Part shown: in pieces, positions 15,463 to 24,763 of the stretch
Numbering within the stretch: the first letter of the stretch is position 1
Layout of the letters: each line of letters starts with the position of its first letter
Assembly: GCA_965219535.1 (NCBI GenBank)
Contig: CBDCNV010000002.1
Coordinates: 1,170,001-1,202,000, forward strand
Direction of reading: 5' to 3'
DNA from: Opitutales bacterium
GTDB taxonomy: Bacteria; Verrucomicrobiota; Verrucomicrobiia; Opitutales; PNEW01
DNA: 32,000 bases
Translations under genes and position numbers: made by a program
Notes under the pieces: generated by a model
The model's database searches: none
Seen by the model: only the letters and a program-made list of their open reading frames with translations
Told to the model about the DNA's origin: nothing

Positions 15463-18246
15463 ATGGAATTAAAAGCTAGTTACCTATCGCATTTATTTCT
15501 ATTAACGCTTCTCGTCATCGGCAGCCCGCTCACGCTCATCGCCAAAAAGGCCTGGGTGCATGGTGGCTATGAAGATTTTTCCCAGGGCTGGTTTGAAAAT
15601 GGAGGAGCTAACCTTTACGTGAATGCGAACGGGGTCATCGAGATGATCAATAATTTCGATGTCAACAACGATGGCTATGCGGATATCATCCTGGCCAATG
15701 CGCACGGAAAAACAGAGTGGGGGCCCACCCATGTATTCACCGTCGATGAGGGGCCATCGGATCAGTGGAAACGTGAGCAAATGTTTGTCGGCAGTTACTG
15801 TTTATGGATGAGCCGGATTATCGATCTGGATGAAGATGGATACATGGATCTAGTTACCGCCAATTCCTATAATGAAGTCACTTGTGAAGTGCCTTCATAT
15901 ATATACTGGGGTGGACCGAACGGGCTGGGGGTAAATCGCTCTGACTTGCCAACGATCGGCGCCTATGATTTCGCGGTTTACGATATCAATCGTGATGGGC
16001 GATTGGATATCGTCTATTCCTCCGCGTGGAAAGACCCGCACAACCCTGGCATGCCATTGTTGGCTCAGGTCTATCTTCAACAGGAAGATCGTCAATTTGA
16101 ATTCGCAACCGAGTATTATAATTTGTGGGGGATGGCAGCAACATCGGTTGATATCGCCGACTTGAATGATGACGGCTATGGCGATCTCGTTTTGGCCAAT
16201 TTAAGACGCGAATATGATACAAGCATAGATTCGGTCCTATACTGGGGTACAGCGGAAGGATTCGATACGAAGACACCCCATTATTTGCCAACCAGTGGGG
16301 TAAGACAGGTTGTCCTGGAAGACCTCAATGGAGATGGTGATAAAGATATCATCTTCAGCTGCCGGGGGCACGCGTGTATCTATTGGAACGAAAATGGGAA
16401 GTTCAATTCAAACGAACCCTTACACGTAGAAGTAATGAGGAAAGCTGGAGAAGAGGGTAGATCAAGAAGCCAATTATACATCACTTTTGCCGATGTTGAT
16501 GGTGATGAGGTAAAGGATATGATTATGGCCACCAATAACGGTGTAGAAATACACTCGGTAGACGATTTGCATACCGTGAAAACAACTCTCGCTGTTGAAA
16601 ATGCAAGATGGATTACAGTTTCTGACCTCAATGGTGATAAGCTACCGGAACTCGTTGTCAGTAAGTTCCACGGTGATGTGATGTATGAATCTGAATCACC
16701 CGTATTCTGGAATAGCCCTTCAGGTTTCTCTGAAAACAACGTCAGTTGGATTTCCACTGAAGGGGCGATAGGCAATACAGTCGGGGATCTGAACGGCGAT
16801 GGTCAAAGTGAAGTAATTTTCCATAATCACATGAGTGGTCCCGTGACGACAACGCCTTCTTATATCTATTATGGTAATAAAGAGGCAAAGTACGGACCGG
16901 AAAATCGTCTTGAACTCCAGACTGATCACGGGGTTGTCGCGATTGTAAGTGACTTGGATCTCGATGGATATCCGGAAACTATTTTTACCGCCAAAAAGGG
17001 AATTCAGATCTACGAGGGAACGCCGGAGGGGCCGATACCGGGCCAATTTTCTATTCTGCCCACCGCCAATCCGCCCAACTTTGATCTCGATGTAGCCGAC
17101 TTCAACCGGGACGGGTATCTCGATCTACTGGCGGTGGAACGAGGTGAAATGATTATGAAGAAAGATCATAAACCCTCGACGATTTTTTACGGTTCGAAGG
17201 ACGGGTATTCTGAAGACAATATTGATCGTCTCGATAATTATGGAAATTACTCCACCCTTGGAGATGTAAACAATGACGGTCATCTCGATATCCTTTTTCA
17301 TGATAAATGGAACTATCTTTTAATTTTTCTCGGTAGCGATGACGGCTACTCTGAAGATCATACTTGGAAGGTCCCTTGTGATACGATCTATGATTCAGCC
17401 ATGCCTTACCTGGCGGATCTGAATAAAGACGGCTGGTTGGATATTGTCGTATCAAAATTCCCGACACGGATGCGTTTTCGAGATACGATGGAAGTCTTTT
17501 ATGGCAGTCCCCAGGGTTACCTTCCTGAAAATACACAACAACTCGAAGCCGGGTATACGACAAAGGCGATTGGCGTTGCTGATTATAATAAAGATGGGAA
17601 TCTGGATATCGCGGCCACCGTTTATTACAGCGACAGTGTCAACGCCGTCCATCGGTCTTTCCCCACCCTGATTTTTTATGGTGATGGGACAAAACTCGAT
17701 TTTGAAAATCCGGATAGACTTCATACTTACGGTGCCAATGCCATCATGCAGCTGGATTTAAACCGCGATGGCTGGTCGGATATTGTATTGGGAAATCACC
17801 GCAATGATATTACACACCAGGTAGATTCACTCATTTACTGGAATAGTCCGGAAGGCTTTTCCATTACGAGGCGAACCGGCATTCCAGGTTTGGGACCGCA
17901 TGGGATGTACAAGCGTGATCACGGCAATGCTTTTACGCGTAAACCGGAAGAAAATTATATCTCACCTCCCTATGAAATGGGGAAAAGAAAGGTGAATGCC
18001 ATTAAATGGATAAGTGAAGAAACCGATCTTTTGAAAATTAAATTCCAGTTGAGAGAAAGTGAAACACAAGCGGGACTGGATGATGCCGCATGGATGGGGC
18101 CCGAGGGTGAGGAGTCATATTATGAGACTTCCGGTGAATCTATAGTGAGTCTGCAAAAAAATTCCCGATGGTTACAGTACAAAGCAACATTCATTTCCCT
18201 TTACGGATGCGGTTCGCCCAAGCTCAAGGAAGTGAGGATTGAATGA
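15463..18246 (+). CDS. Secreted FG-GAP/VCBS-repeat protein (about 14 repeats, consistent with two 7-bladed beta-propellers)
   Basis: It has a signal peptide (LSHLFLLTLLVIGSPLTLIAKKA). Fourteen D-x-[ND]-x-D-G-x-x-D-[ILV] motifs occur, including DVNNDGYADIILAN, DLDEDGYMDLVTAN, DINRDGRLDIVYSS, DLNDDGYGDLVLAN, DYNKDGNLDIAATV and DLNRDGWSDIVLGN. Confidence 0.9.
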   Translation: MELKASYLSHLFLLTLLVIGSPLTLIAKKAWVHGGYEDFSQGWFENGGANLYVNANGVIEMINNFDVNNDGYADIILANAHGKTEWGPTHVFTVDEGPSDQWKREQMFVGSYCLWMSRIIDLDEDGYMDLVTANSYNEVTCEVPSYIYWGGPNGLGVNRSDLPTIGAYDFAVYDINRDGRLDIVYSSAWKDPHNPGMPLLAQVYLQQEDRQFEFATEYYNLWGMAATSVDIADLNDDGYGDLVLANLRREYDTSIDSVLYWGTAEGFDTKTPHYLPTSGVRQVVLEDLNGDGDKDIIFSCRGHACIYWNENGKFNSNEPLHVEVMRKAGEEGRSRSQLYITFADVDGDEVKDMIMATNNGVEIHSVDDLHTVKTTLAVENARWITVSDLNGDKLPELVVSKFHGDVMYESESPVFWNSPSGFSENNVSWISTEGAIGNTVGDLNGDGQSEVIFHNHMSGPVTTTPSYIYYGNKEAKYGPENRLELQTDHGVVAIVSDLDLDGYPETIFTAKKGIQIYEGTPEGPIPGQFSILPTANPPNFDLDVADFNRDGYLDLLAVERGEMIMKKDHKPSTIFYGSKDGYSEDNIDRLDNYGNYSTLGDVNNDGHLDILFHDKWNYLLIFLGSDDGYSEDHTWKVPCDTIYDSAMPYLADLNKDGWLDIVVSKFPTRMRFRDTMEVFYGSPQGYLPENTQQLEAGYTTKAIGVADYNKDGNLDIAATVYYSDSVNAVHRSFPTLIFYGDGTKLDFENPDRLHTYGANAIMQLDLNRDGWSDIVLGNHRNDITHQVDSLIYWNSPEGFSITRRTGIPGLGPHGMYKRDHGNAFTRKPEENYISPPYEMGKRKVNAIKWISEETDLLKIKFQLRESETQAGLDDAAWMGPEGEESYYETSGESIVSLQKNSRWLQYKATFISLYGCGSPKLKEVRIE

Positions 18247-18408
18247 GGTCAAAAAGCCAAAAAGCCATTTCCATTGTTGATTTTCGATTGCGGATTGCGG
18301 ATTGAAATAGGATGCAAGATGCAGGATACTGAAAGTAAGAAAATCTTAGCGACTTCCGCATTCACGCTTGTTCGCTTTATCGTATTTCCCTTTTAGACCT
18401 TTTGACTC
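18247..18408. repeat. Spacer bounded by inverted word arms, with other word stutters inside
   Basis: The arms are ggtcaaaaagccaaaaagcc (18247..18266) and ccttttagaccttttgactc (18389..18408). Inside are cgattgcggattgcggattg (18285..18304) and ggatgcaagatgcaggat (18310..18327). The string aggatgcaagat recurs at 24645..24656. Confidence 0.8.
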
Positions 18409-18423
18409 TTATAAAAGAATCCT

Positions 18424-19284
18424 ATGCCCATTATTGATACACACATTCATTTATTCGATCGTCCTTTTGCCTTGGCTTTCAATGCTGACCATATCAAGAA
18501 CGGTCCGGAAGGTGAGGTGACCCAGTATGATAATTTCCGGCGCACTCACGATATTTCTCATGCGTTCGTCATATGCTACGAATATCGCCCGAACCCAAGG
18601 AATAACGAATACGTCTTAAATCTTTCCAAACGTCGCAAGTGGATCCTGCCTTTCGGATTTGTGAAGTCCAACCCATCCACGATGGCGAGGGATGCAGCGA
18701 AGCTTTTAAAGAAGAAATCTTTCGGCCTGACGTTATACCCGGATTCCAGGGACGCCGTTTGGCTCACCAAAAGCCCCCGTTGGATGGCCGAGCGTAAAAT
18801 GAATGACTTCTGGGCCCTGGTGGAGGAGCAACAGGTGCCAGTAAGTATAAACATGAATCACACGAATGTGCGCTTCCTGCTAAAAGCGCTGGATCGTTAC
18901 CCAAATTGTATTTTGTTGCTCGCTCATATGGTCTTCCCAGTAGTTAAAAACGGAAAATTGAACAAATCTTTTCTAGTCATGAAGGAACTGAAAAATTACC
19001 CCAATGTGTTTGTTAAGTTATCCGGCTTTTATGCTTTATCTGCGAATGGGTGGAAGTACCCTCAGGACGATATGTTTCCGGCGGTGGATTTTCTGCGTGA
19101 TCATTTTACGCCCAAGCGCCTGTTGTTTGCATCGGACGCTGCACCTGTACTACCGTTCAATACCATGAAGCAAACGGTGGAAATGCTGCGAACAGAATAC
19201 CGTGGATTTTCTAAAAAAGAGATTCAGGATATATATTATAATAATGCCGCGAGAATTATCCGTCGTCGGCAAGGCCAACTGTAA
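18424..19284 (+). CDS. Amidohydrolase_2 (PF04909-like) metal-dependent hydrolase, probable sugar/aldonolactonase
   Basis: It has the family N-terminus MPIIDTHIHLFD and the C-terminal FASDAAP (Asp ligand). Size is 286 aa, and it is adjacent to an SDR dehydrogenase. Confidence 0.75.
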   Translation: MPIIDTHIHLFDRPFALAFNADHIKNGPEGEVTQYDNFRRTHDISHAFVICYEYRPNPRNNEYVLNLSKRRKWILPFGFVKSNPSTMARDAAKLLKKKSFGLTLYPDSRDAVWLTKSPRWMAERKMNDFWALVEEQQVPVSINMNHTNVRFLLKALDRYPNCILLLAHMVFPVVKNGKLNKSFLVMKELKNYPNVFVKLSGFYALSANGWKYPQDDMFPAVDFLRDHFTPKRLLFASDAAPVLPFNTMKQTVEMLRTEYRGFSKKEIQDIYYNNAARIIRRRQGQL

Positions 19285-19306
19285 ATTTAATTAATAGGAA
19301 TATATA

Positions 19307-20107
19307 ATGAGTGATCGATTAAAAGACAAAGTAGCCCTCATTTCGGGTGCGGGATCCGGCGGACCCGGTTGGGGGAATGGTAAAGCAACAGCCGTTCTTT
19401 TTGCTCGTGAAGGGGCAAAAGTTTTCGCCGTTGATATTAACCTCGCTGCGGCTGAGGAAACGAAAAGCCTTATCGAAGATGAGGGAGGGGAATGCACCGT
19501 TCATCAAGCTGATGTTTCTCAAGCGAATGAGGTTGAAGACTTAGTCGAGCGCTGCCTTAAGACTTACGATAGAATAGACATCCTGCATAATAATGTGGGG
19601 ATAAATGAAATTGGAGGTTGTGTCGAAGCAAGCGAGGAAAGCTGGGATCACGTAATGAATGTAAACATCAAGAGTATGTTTTTGACCTGTAAACACGTAC
19701 TACCCCTGATGGAAAAACAGGGAGGAGGGGCCATCGTAAACTTATCATCCATCGCCTCAATTCGGTGGTACGGAATAGCTTCTGTTGCCTACAATGCGAG
19801 TAAAGGAGCGATCAATCAACTTACCCAGAGTATCGCCATACAGTACGCGAAGAAGAATATTCGGGCCAATTCAATACTCCCCGGTTTAATGAACACACCC
19901 TTAGTTGCCAAAGCCCTGGGTGAATACTATGCAGGGGGTGATCTGGATAAAATGGTCGAAATCAGAGATAATCTTTGCCCCACGGGAAAAATGGGTGATG
20001 CCTGGGATGTCGCTTATGCCGCTCTCTTTCTCGCCTCGGACGAAGCAAGATATATTACCGGCACCCAACTCGTCGTCGATGGCGGACTCACCTGTCGATG
20101 TGCCTGA
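19307..20107 (+). CDS. Short-chain dehydrogenase/reductase (classical SDR)
   Basis: It has a cofactor-binding motif (ALISGAGSGGPGWGNGKA), NNVG, and the catalytic SS...YNASKGA. Confidence 0.9.
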   Translation: MSDRLKDKVALISGAGSGGPGWGNGKATAVLFAREGAKVFAVDINLAAAEETKSLIEDEGGECTVHQADVSQANEVEDLVERCLKTYDRIDILHNNVGINEIGGCVEASEESWDHVMNVNIKSMFLTCKHVLPLMEKQGGGAIVNLSSIASIRWYGIASVAYNASKGAINQLTQSIAIQYAKKNIRANSILPGLMNTPLVAKALGEYYAGGDLDKMVEIRDNLCPTGKMGDAWDVAYAALFLASDEARYITGTQLVVDGGLTCRCA

Positions 20108-20112
20108 GTGGG

Positions 20113-20253
20113 GTCAAAAGGTCAAAAGGTCAAAAAGTCAAAAAGTTTAGGGTTTCTTTAATGACCATTGGAACACAGTGCCCGCCAACGTATTCTCTCT
20201 TTTACTTAAAGACGCATTTCCCTTTTGACCTTTTGACTTTTTGACCTTTTGAC
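20113..20253. repeat. (GTCAAAAG)x4 at 20113..20144 and (CTTTTGAC)x4 at 20222..20253: a 32-nt inverted repeat (about 30/32) around a 77-nt loop
   Basis: Read directly. The left arm starts 5 nt after the SDR stop codon. The right arm ends 8 nt before the dipeptidase ATG (20262). Confidence 0.95.
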
Positions 20254-20261
20254 TAGATTCA

Positions 20262-21284
20262 ATGCCCAACCCAACACCAGCTAATGAAGTCTACGATGAA
20301 GCCATTGTAATCGATGCGCTTAATGTGAGTAATTGGAAGAGTTCCGCCGTCTATGAGAGTCTGGTCGCAAGCGGTACTACTGCGATAAATGCGACCCTCG
20401 TGACGTGGGAAAATTTTCAACAGACCCTGGATTACATCACTGACTGGCAAGACATTTTCAACGAGCGCAGTGCACAAATCATTCAAGTCAACAGCGTTGA
20501 TGACATCCTGAAAGCAAAGCAGGACGGTAAAGTCGGTGTTATTCTGGGATGGCAGAATGCGACCCCGATTGAAAACGATTTGCGGCGCATCGAACTGTTT
20601 CGCTCCCTCGGTGTGCTCATCATGCAACTCACTTTTCACGAGAGAAATTTTATTGGCAATGGTTGTTTGGAACGCGGTGATGCCGGCCTCAGCAACTTTG
20701 GTATCGACGCAGTGCATGAGATGAACCGAATGGGTATATTGATTGATCTTTCGCACTGCGGTGAAAGAACAACGATCGATGCAATTGAAATATCGAGCAA
20801 ACCAGTTGCATGCACGCACGCCAATGCACAGAGCTTCCACATGCACCCACGAAATAAAACGGATGAAGCACTGAAGCTACTGGCGGAACGTGGGGGCGTG
20901 GTTGGCGCGACTGCATTCAATATGTTTCTACCAGCTGGCCGCGAATCCACGATTGAGAATTTCGTTGATGCGATTGATGACCTCGTTCAACGAATCGGAG
21001 TTGAACACGTGGGGTTCGGAACGGACTTTACACAGGATCAGCCACAGGAATTCTGGAATTACATCGGCGCGCAGCAGGGGACAAAACTCCCCTCCACTTT
21101 CTACGACGCACCTGAAGGCTATGCAGATTTAGCGCATGCGCCCAAAGGACTGGAAATACCGGATAAGATGCCCGCCCTCGCCGATTCACTCCTAGCTAGG
21201 GGATACAAGCCAGCCGACATCACCCTTATCCTGGGCGGAAACTGGCTGCGACTCTTCCGTGAAGTGTGGACTTGTGAAGAGTGA
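20262..21284 (+). CDS. Membrane (renal-type) dipeptidase family, peptidase M19
   Basis: Motifs seen are VIDALN, GVILGWQNATPIENDLRRIELFRSLGVLIMQLTFHERNFIGNG, GILIDLSHCGERTTIDAI, ACTHANAQ and FGTDFT. Confidence 0.85.
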   Translation: MPNPTPANEVYDEAIVIDALNVSNWKSSAVYESLVASGTTAINATLVTWENFQQTLDYITDWQDIFNERSAQIIQVNSVDDILKAKQDGKVGVILGWQNATPIENDLRRIELFRSLGVLIMQLTFHERNFIGNGCLERGDAGLSNFGIDAVHEMNRMGILIDLSHCGERTTIDAIEISSKPVACTHANAQSFHMHPRNKTDEALKLLAERGGVVGATAFNMFLPAGRESTIENFVDAIDDLVQRIGVEHVGFGTDFTQDQPQEFWNYIGAQQGTKLPSTFYDAPEGYADLAHAPKGLEIPDKMPALADSLLARGYKPADITLILGGNWLRLFREVWTCEE

Positions 21285-21331
21285 GAAAGCCTGAAAACCG
21301 GAAGACCTGGTGTTCAGAGTCAAGGTTTCAG

Positions 21332-21366
21332 GGTGGAAGATGTCGGGCTACGCCCTCGGTACAGGG
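21332..21366 (+). repeat. GGCTAYG-core motif copy (ggtggaagatgtcgggctacgccctcggtacaggg)
   Basis: It contains the 15-mer tcgggctacgccctc (21343..21357), which is identical to 8393..8407 and 8577..8591 inside the IS3 copies. Confidence 0.92.
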
Positions 21367-21458
21367 TTCAGGGTTCAGGAAAAATGCCGATAGTTAGATG
21401 TGAACAGTGAACAGTAAACAGTGAGAAAGGGTTCAGAGTTCGGGGTTCAGGGTTCAGG
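21364..21458. repeat. G-orientation word block: gggttcagggttcagg, (GTGAACAG)x3, agggttcagagttcggggttcagggttcagg
   Basis: The sub-arrays lie at 21364..21379, 21400..21425 and 21429..21458. Confidence 0.9.
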
Positions 21459-21491
21459 AAAACTTGAATAGAACCCACCGTAACATTCTTG

Positions 21492-21899
21492 CTATTCGCG
21501 TATGATTTCGGGCCAACGGTGATCACGTTCAGGAAGATGCTTTTCCAAAGTCCGTTCCATTCCATTCAGCATTCGGATACATACTTGATAGCGTCTGCTA
21601 TATTCTTCGTAAGTAGGTCTGCTTTCGTATCCTTTTAAATGGGCCATGTATACGTGGTGCACGGTCTCGGCGGCTTCGCCACGACTTCGATTCACTCCCT
21701 CTATCTTATTTCTAATATGACGATCATCGTATTTCTCAGCCAACTGAGCTGCTGCACTGTTTGAAGATCGTCTCGCTTGGGATCCGAGCTCATACTTCTC
21801 CTCTGTTGGCCACAAGTGAGTTAAGTTACAGACACTTATATGCAATTCGCAAAGTTTCTGGTATACAATCAAATCCTCTAAGCGCTTATATGCACTCAT
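21492..21899 (-). CDS. Four-helix-bundle protein (23S rRNA intervening-sequence protein family), second copy
   Basis: The 135-aa ORF contains LIVYQKLCELHISVCNLTHLWPTEEKYELGSQARRSSNSAAAQLAE...RGEAAETVHHV, which fits the same family signature. It is strongly diverged from the copy at 8762..9115. Confidence 0.75.
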   Translation of the reverse strand: MSAYKRLEDLIVYQKLCELHISVCNLTHLWPTEEKYELGSQARRSSNSAAAQLAEKYDDRHIRNKIEGVNRSRGEAAETVHHVYMAHLKGYESRPTYEEYSRRYQVCIRMLNGMERTLEKHLPERDHRWPEIIRE

Positions 21900-21980
21900 C
21901 CCTCTTATCCAACACTCGACCGTTCATCCACGACTCACTGATTTTTATTTACTTTTCATATCTAAATATCGTCATTTTTT

Positions 21981-22017
21981 CTGAACCCTGAACCCTGAAC
22001 CCCGAACTCCGAACCCT
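21981..22017. repeat. C-orientation array ctgaaccctgaaccctgaaccccgaactccgaaccct
   Basis: It is inverted relative to 21429..21458, and the arms include the adjacent A/T runs (gggttcagggttcaggaaaa versus ttttttctgaaccctgaaccc). Confidence 0.92.
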
Positions 22018-22023
22018 CTCTCA

Positions 22024-24603
22024 CTACTCCTTCCTCGCGAGCATGGAATAAATCGTCAGTCCCTCGAGAGACTTTTTTCGCTCGGGTATAAATAGGCTGG
22101 ACAGATAGCCAACGACAAAACAGGTGATGAATCCGATAGATGAGTAGAGGAGAAAGTGTATCGGTGTTTCAAATTTCACAAAATAAAGGACTATCGCACT
22201 GGTAATCGCACCGACTAAGGCACCAATACCATTCGCACGTCGTGTAAAAATACCCAGGGCAAATAGTCCGCCCAATCCGCTGATAAACAATCCGGCGATA
22301 GCGGTAGCAAACAACGCGGCATTATGAATATCAAAAGTAACCAGAGAGAGGGCGATAACGGTGACAATGAGACCGATAACTAAGGTAACCGAGCGAGCCA
22401 GATACAAATAGAGACGATCGGGTTTCTTAGGTTTGAAGCGTCGGTAAAAATCCGTGACAAAGACTGTGGCCACCGAGTTCATCCCGCTGTCAAGACTCGA
22501 CATCGCGGCGGAAAAGATGGCTGCAATGACAAAACCGGCAAGCCCGAAGGGAAGATTTTGTGCGATGAAGAGAGGAAAAATCGCGTCATTCTGCATTCCC
22601 ATGCTGACTGTGGCTGGGTGCGTTTTATAATAGGCGTAGAGGGCGGAACCCATTCCATAAAATAAAAAACCGATGGGAATACCAATTATAGCATTTAACC
22701 ATATCCCTTTCGCGGCCGTTTTTTCGTCCTTCGTCGTAAGATACCTTTGGATCGTGGTTTGCTCGGTGGATGGTCCCAAAAAGGCACCAAAAGCACTACT
22801 AATTAATAACACCCATAGGACGGGCGCAGTAAAGTCCCACTCCAGATACAACATGCGGTATTTATCATCAGCCAAACCTATATCGATTATTCCCTTATAA
22901 CCATTATCGATATGAAAAGGAATAACGATGAGGGCAATAATGATACCGATAAAAAATACAATGACCTGTAAAACATCCGACCATACGACCGCTTCGATAC
23001 CACCCAACACGGTGTAAAAGGTGCTGATTAATCCCATAAAGAGAATACATATGTAGATATTAATCCCCGCGATGGTGGAGAGAACAACTGCCGGCAGATA
23101 AAGAATAATACTGATCCTGATTAATTGATAAATTATGAATTGTACACTCCCGTATAAGCGAACAGGCAGATTAAATCGTTTCTCCAGGTATTCATAAGCG
23201 GTAGTAACATTAAGCCTTCGGTAAAACGGCAGGAAAAAATAGATAACAATTATAGGAGCAAAGATTAACCCAATCCTTCCGGGAAATAGGAACCAGTCTG
23301 TGGCGTAAGCCAATGCGGGATAGGAAATATAAGTTAGGGCGCTAAGTCCGGTTCCCAGAATACTGAGCCCTGCCGCCCACCAGGGGATGCGATGACCGGC
23401 GAGAAAATAATCTTTTGTCCCTTTCTCCCGCCTGGAAAAATAAAAACCCATATAGACAAGCGCCACCATATACAGTAGGAGAAAAGAATAATTTATGATT
23501 CCAAACGATGCATTCGCTCCCGCATCATGAATCATTATTTGAACCTTAGGGGTCATTATCCCGGGTTCTGTCTCTCCACCGGTAATGGCGATCCCTCCTT
23601 CCCATAACACCGCTTCAGAAGACACTACCCCTAATGGTAATTCACCTTTTACCAACCAGGTATCAGTGACCGTGTGATAGACGAGAAGATCGCGTGAATA
23701 GCTGGGATGATCCTTACTTGAATTCACATCCTCGTGCTTCCAGGTATTGCCTCCAAAGATAAGAATATGTGATTGTCCATAGGCAACTCCAGGGGCCCCG
23801 GTTACGGGGTGGGGGGCGTCGGCGATAGGTTCCCAATTTTCATAACGAAGGGAATAGCGGTAGCCGTCGGTCAATTGCCTGCTTTGAATCTCACCATTTT
23901 CATTCTGAATCCTTTCTTCACCGCCAATGATGTATACAAATCTGCCATTACCAATATTCTGGCCTATAACGATGGCCCTTCTCCTCGCCGGGCCCTCCCA
24001 GGGGACTAACGATTTCCAACCCGCATCTAAATTGTTCAGATCAAGTGACCAAAAATTCTTCGTCAGACTCATTTTGTCTCGCTCCAACTGGCCACCAACC
24101 ACGTATACGACACCATTAATTTCAGCGGCGCCGATTAAAGAAAGTGACTGTGGAAGAGGCGGCAGGGACACTTGATTAATTATCCGAGAAGATGCATTCC
24201 ACGTTAACTGGATCACCTCGTTCTGATTGCCCTCAGCATTGCTCCCCCCAATTAAGATCAAACTATCATCGCTAGTTACGGAAGCACCTAAAGCGATCGG
24301 TTCATTCAGTTTATAGCCCGTTAACCACTTTTTCTCTCTATTATTTGGGAGTATGTAGATGTCGTCATACCAAGTTCTGTTTCGGATCATCAATTCCATT
24401 CCATGCGGGAAATTCGAACCCCCAGCGACAATGAGAGCGCCATTGCTGACCCCGGTAAATGCTCCACCCAGACCGAGCTTGTTAGGCAATTCGGGAAGTT
24501 CACTCCAACTAATGGCTTCTTGCTGCGGCGCTGCGCTTTCACTGTGCCCTGCTATGCAAATCAAGGCAGCAAAGCATAACAAGATAACACAGGGATGTTT
24601 CAT
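22024..24603 (-). CDS. Fusion protein: N-terminal secreted Kelch/NanM-like (sialic-acid-mutarotase-type) beta-propeller plus C-terminal sodium:solute symporter (SSS, PF00474-like)
   Basis: The preferred start is ATG 24603, giving MKHPCVILLCFAALICIAGHSES (signal peptide). The track start at 24639 is a GTG inside the GGTTCAG repeat. The propeller shows GGAFTGVSNGALIVAGGSNFP and repeated ...GG blades over about 340 aa. About 13 TM helices follow, with the SSS signature TVLGGIEAVVWSDVLQ. Confidence 0.85.
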   Translation of the reverse strand: MKHPCVILLCFAALICIAGHSESAAPQQEAISWSELPELPNKLGLGGAFTGVSNGALIVAGGSNFPHGMELMIRNRTWYDDIYILPNNREKKWLTGYKLNEPIALGASVTSDDSLILIGGSNAEGNQNEVIQLTWNASSRIINQVSLPPLPQSLSLIGAAEINGVVYVVGGQLERDKMSLTKNFWSLDLNNLDAGWKSLVPWEGPARRRAIVIGQNIGNGRFVYIIGGEERIQNENGEIQSRQLTDGYRYSLRYENWEPIADAPHPVTGAPGVAYGQSHILIFGGNTWKHEDVNSSKDHPSYSRDLLVYHTVTDTWLVKGELPLGVVSSEAVLWEGGIAITGGETEPGIMTPKVQIMIHDAGANASFGIINYSFLLLYMVALVYMGFYFSRREKGTKDYFLAGHRIPWWAAGLSILGTGLSALTYISYPALAYATDWFLFPGRIGLIFAPIIVIYFFLPFYRRLNVTTAYEYLEKRFNLPVRLYGSVQFIIYQLIRISIILYLPAVVLSTIAGINIYICILFMGLISTFYTVLGGIEAVVWSDVLQVIVFFIGIIIALIVIPFHIDNGYKGIIDIGLADDKYRMLYLEWDFTAPVLWVLLISSAFGAFLGPSTEQTTIQRYLTTKDEKTAAKGIWLNAIIGIPIGFLFYGMGSALYAYYKTHPATVSMGMQNDAIFPLFIAQNLPFGLAGFVIAAIFSAAMSSLDSGMNSVATVFVTDFYRRFKPKKPDRLYLYLARSVTLVIGLIVTVIALSLVTFDIHNAALFATAIAGLFISGLGGLFALGIFTRRANGIGALVGAITSAIVLYFVKFETPIHFLLYSSIGFITCFVVGYLSSLFIPERKKSLEGLTIYSMLARKE

Positions 24604-24617
24604 CGAACAGAGAGAGA

Positions 24618-24647
24618 GGGTTCTGGGTTCAGGGTTCACGGTTCAGG
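24618..24647. repeat. G-orientation array gggttctgggttcagggttcacggttcagg
   Basis: It lies immediately upstream of the symporter start codon and is inverted relative to 21981..22017 at the gene's 3' end. Confidence 0.9.
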
Positions 24648-24710
24648 ATGCAAGATAATCTAAGTAATTCGCGGCATGTGGATTTTTCTGCACAATCTGC
24701 TACATTTTCT

Positions 24711-24763
24711 CACTGTTCACTGTTACACTGTTCACTGTTCACTGTTCACTGTTCACTGTTCAC
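24711..24763. repeat. (CACTGTT)x7 tandem array (one unit carries an extra A)
   Basis: Read directly. The last units supply the final codons and the TGA stop (24753..24755) of the upstream symporter paralog (GGT GAA CAG TGA on the minus strand). Confidence 0.95.

Noticed and set aside
21334-21349. Type-1 motif TGGAAGATGTCGGGCT as a sigma-54 promoter (-24 GG / -12 GC)
   Set aside because: Only the GG and GC dinucleotides fit at the right spacing. The conserved CAC and TT positions do not match, type-2 copies lose the GC, and several copies lie downstream of genes.
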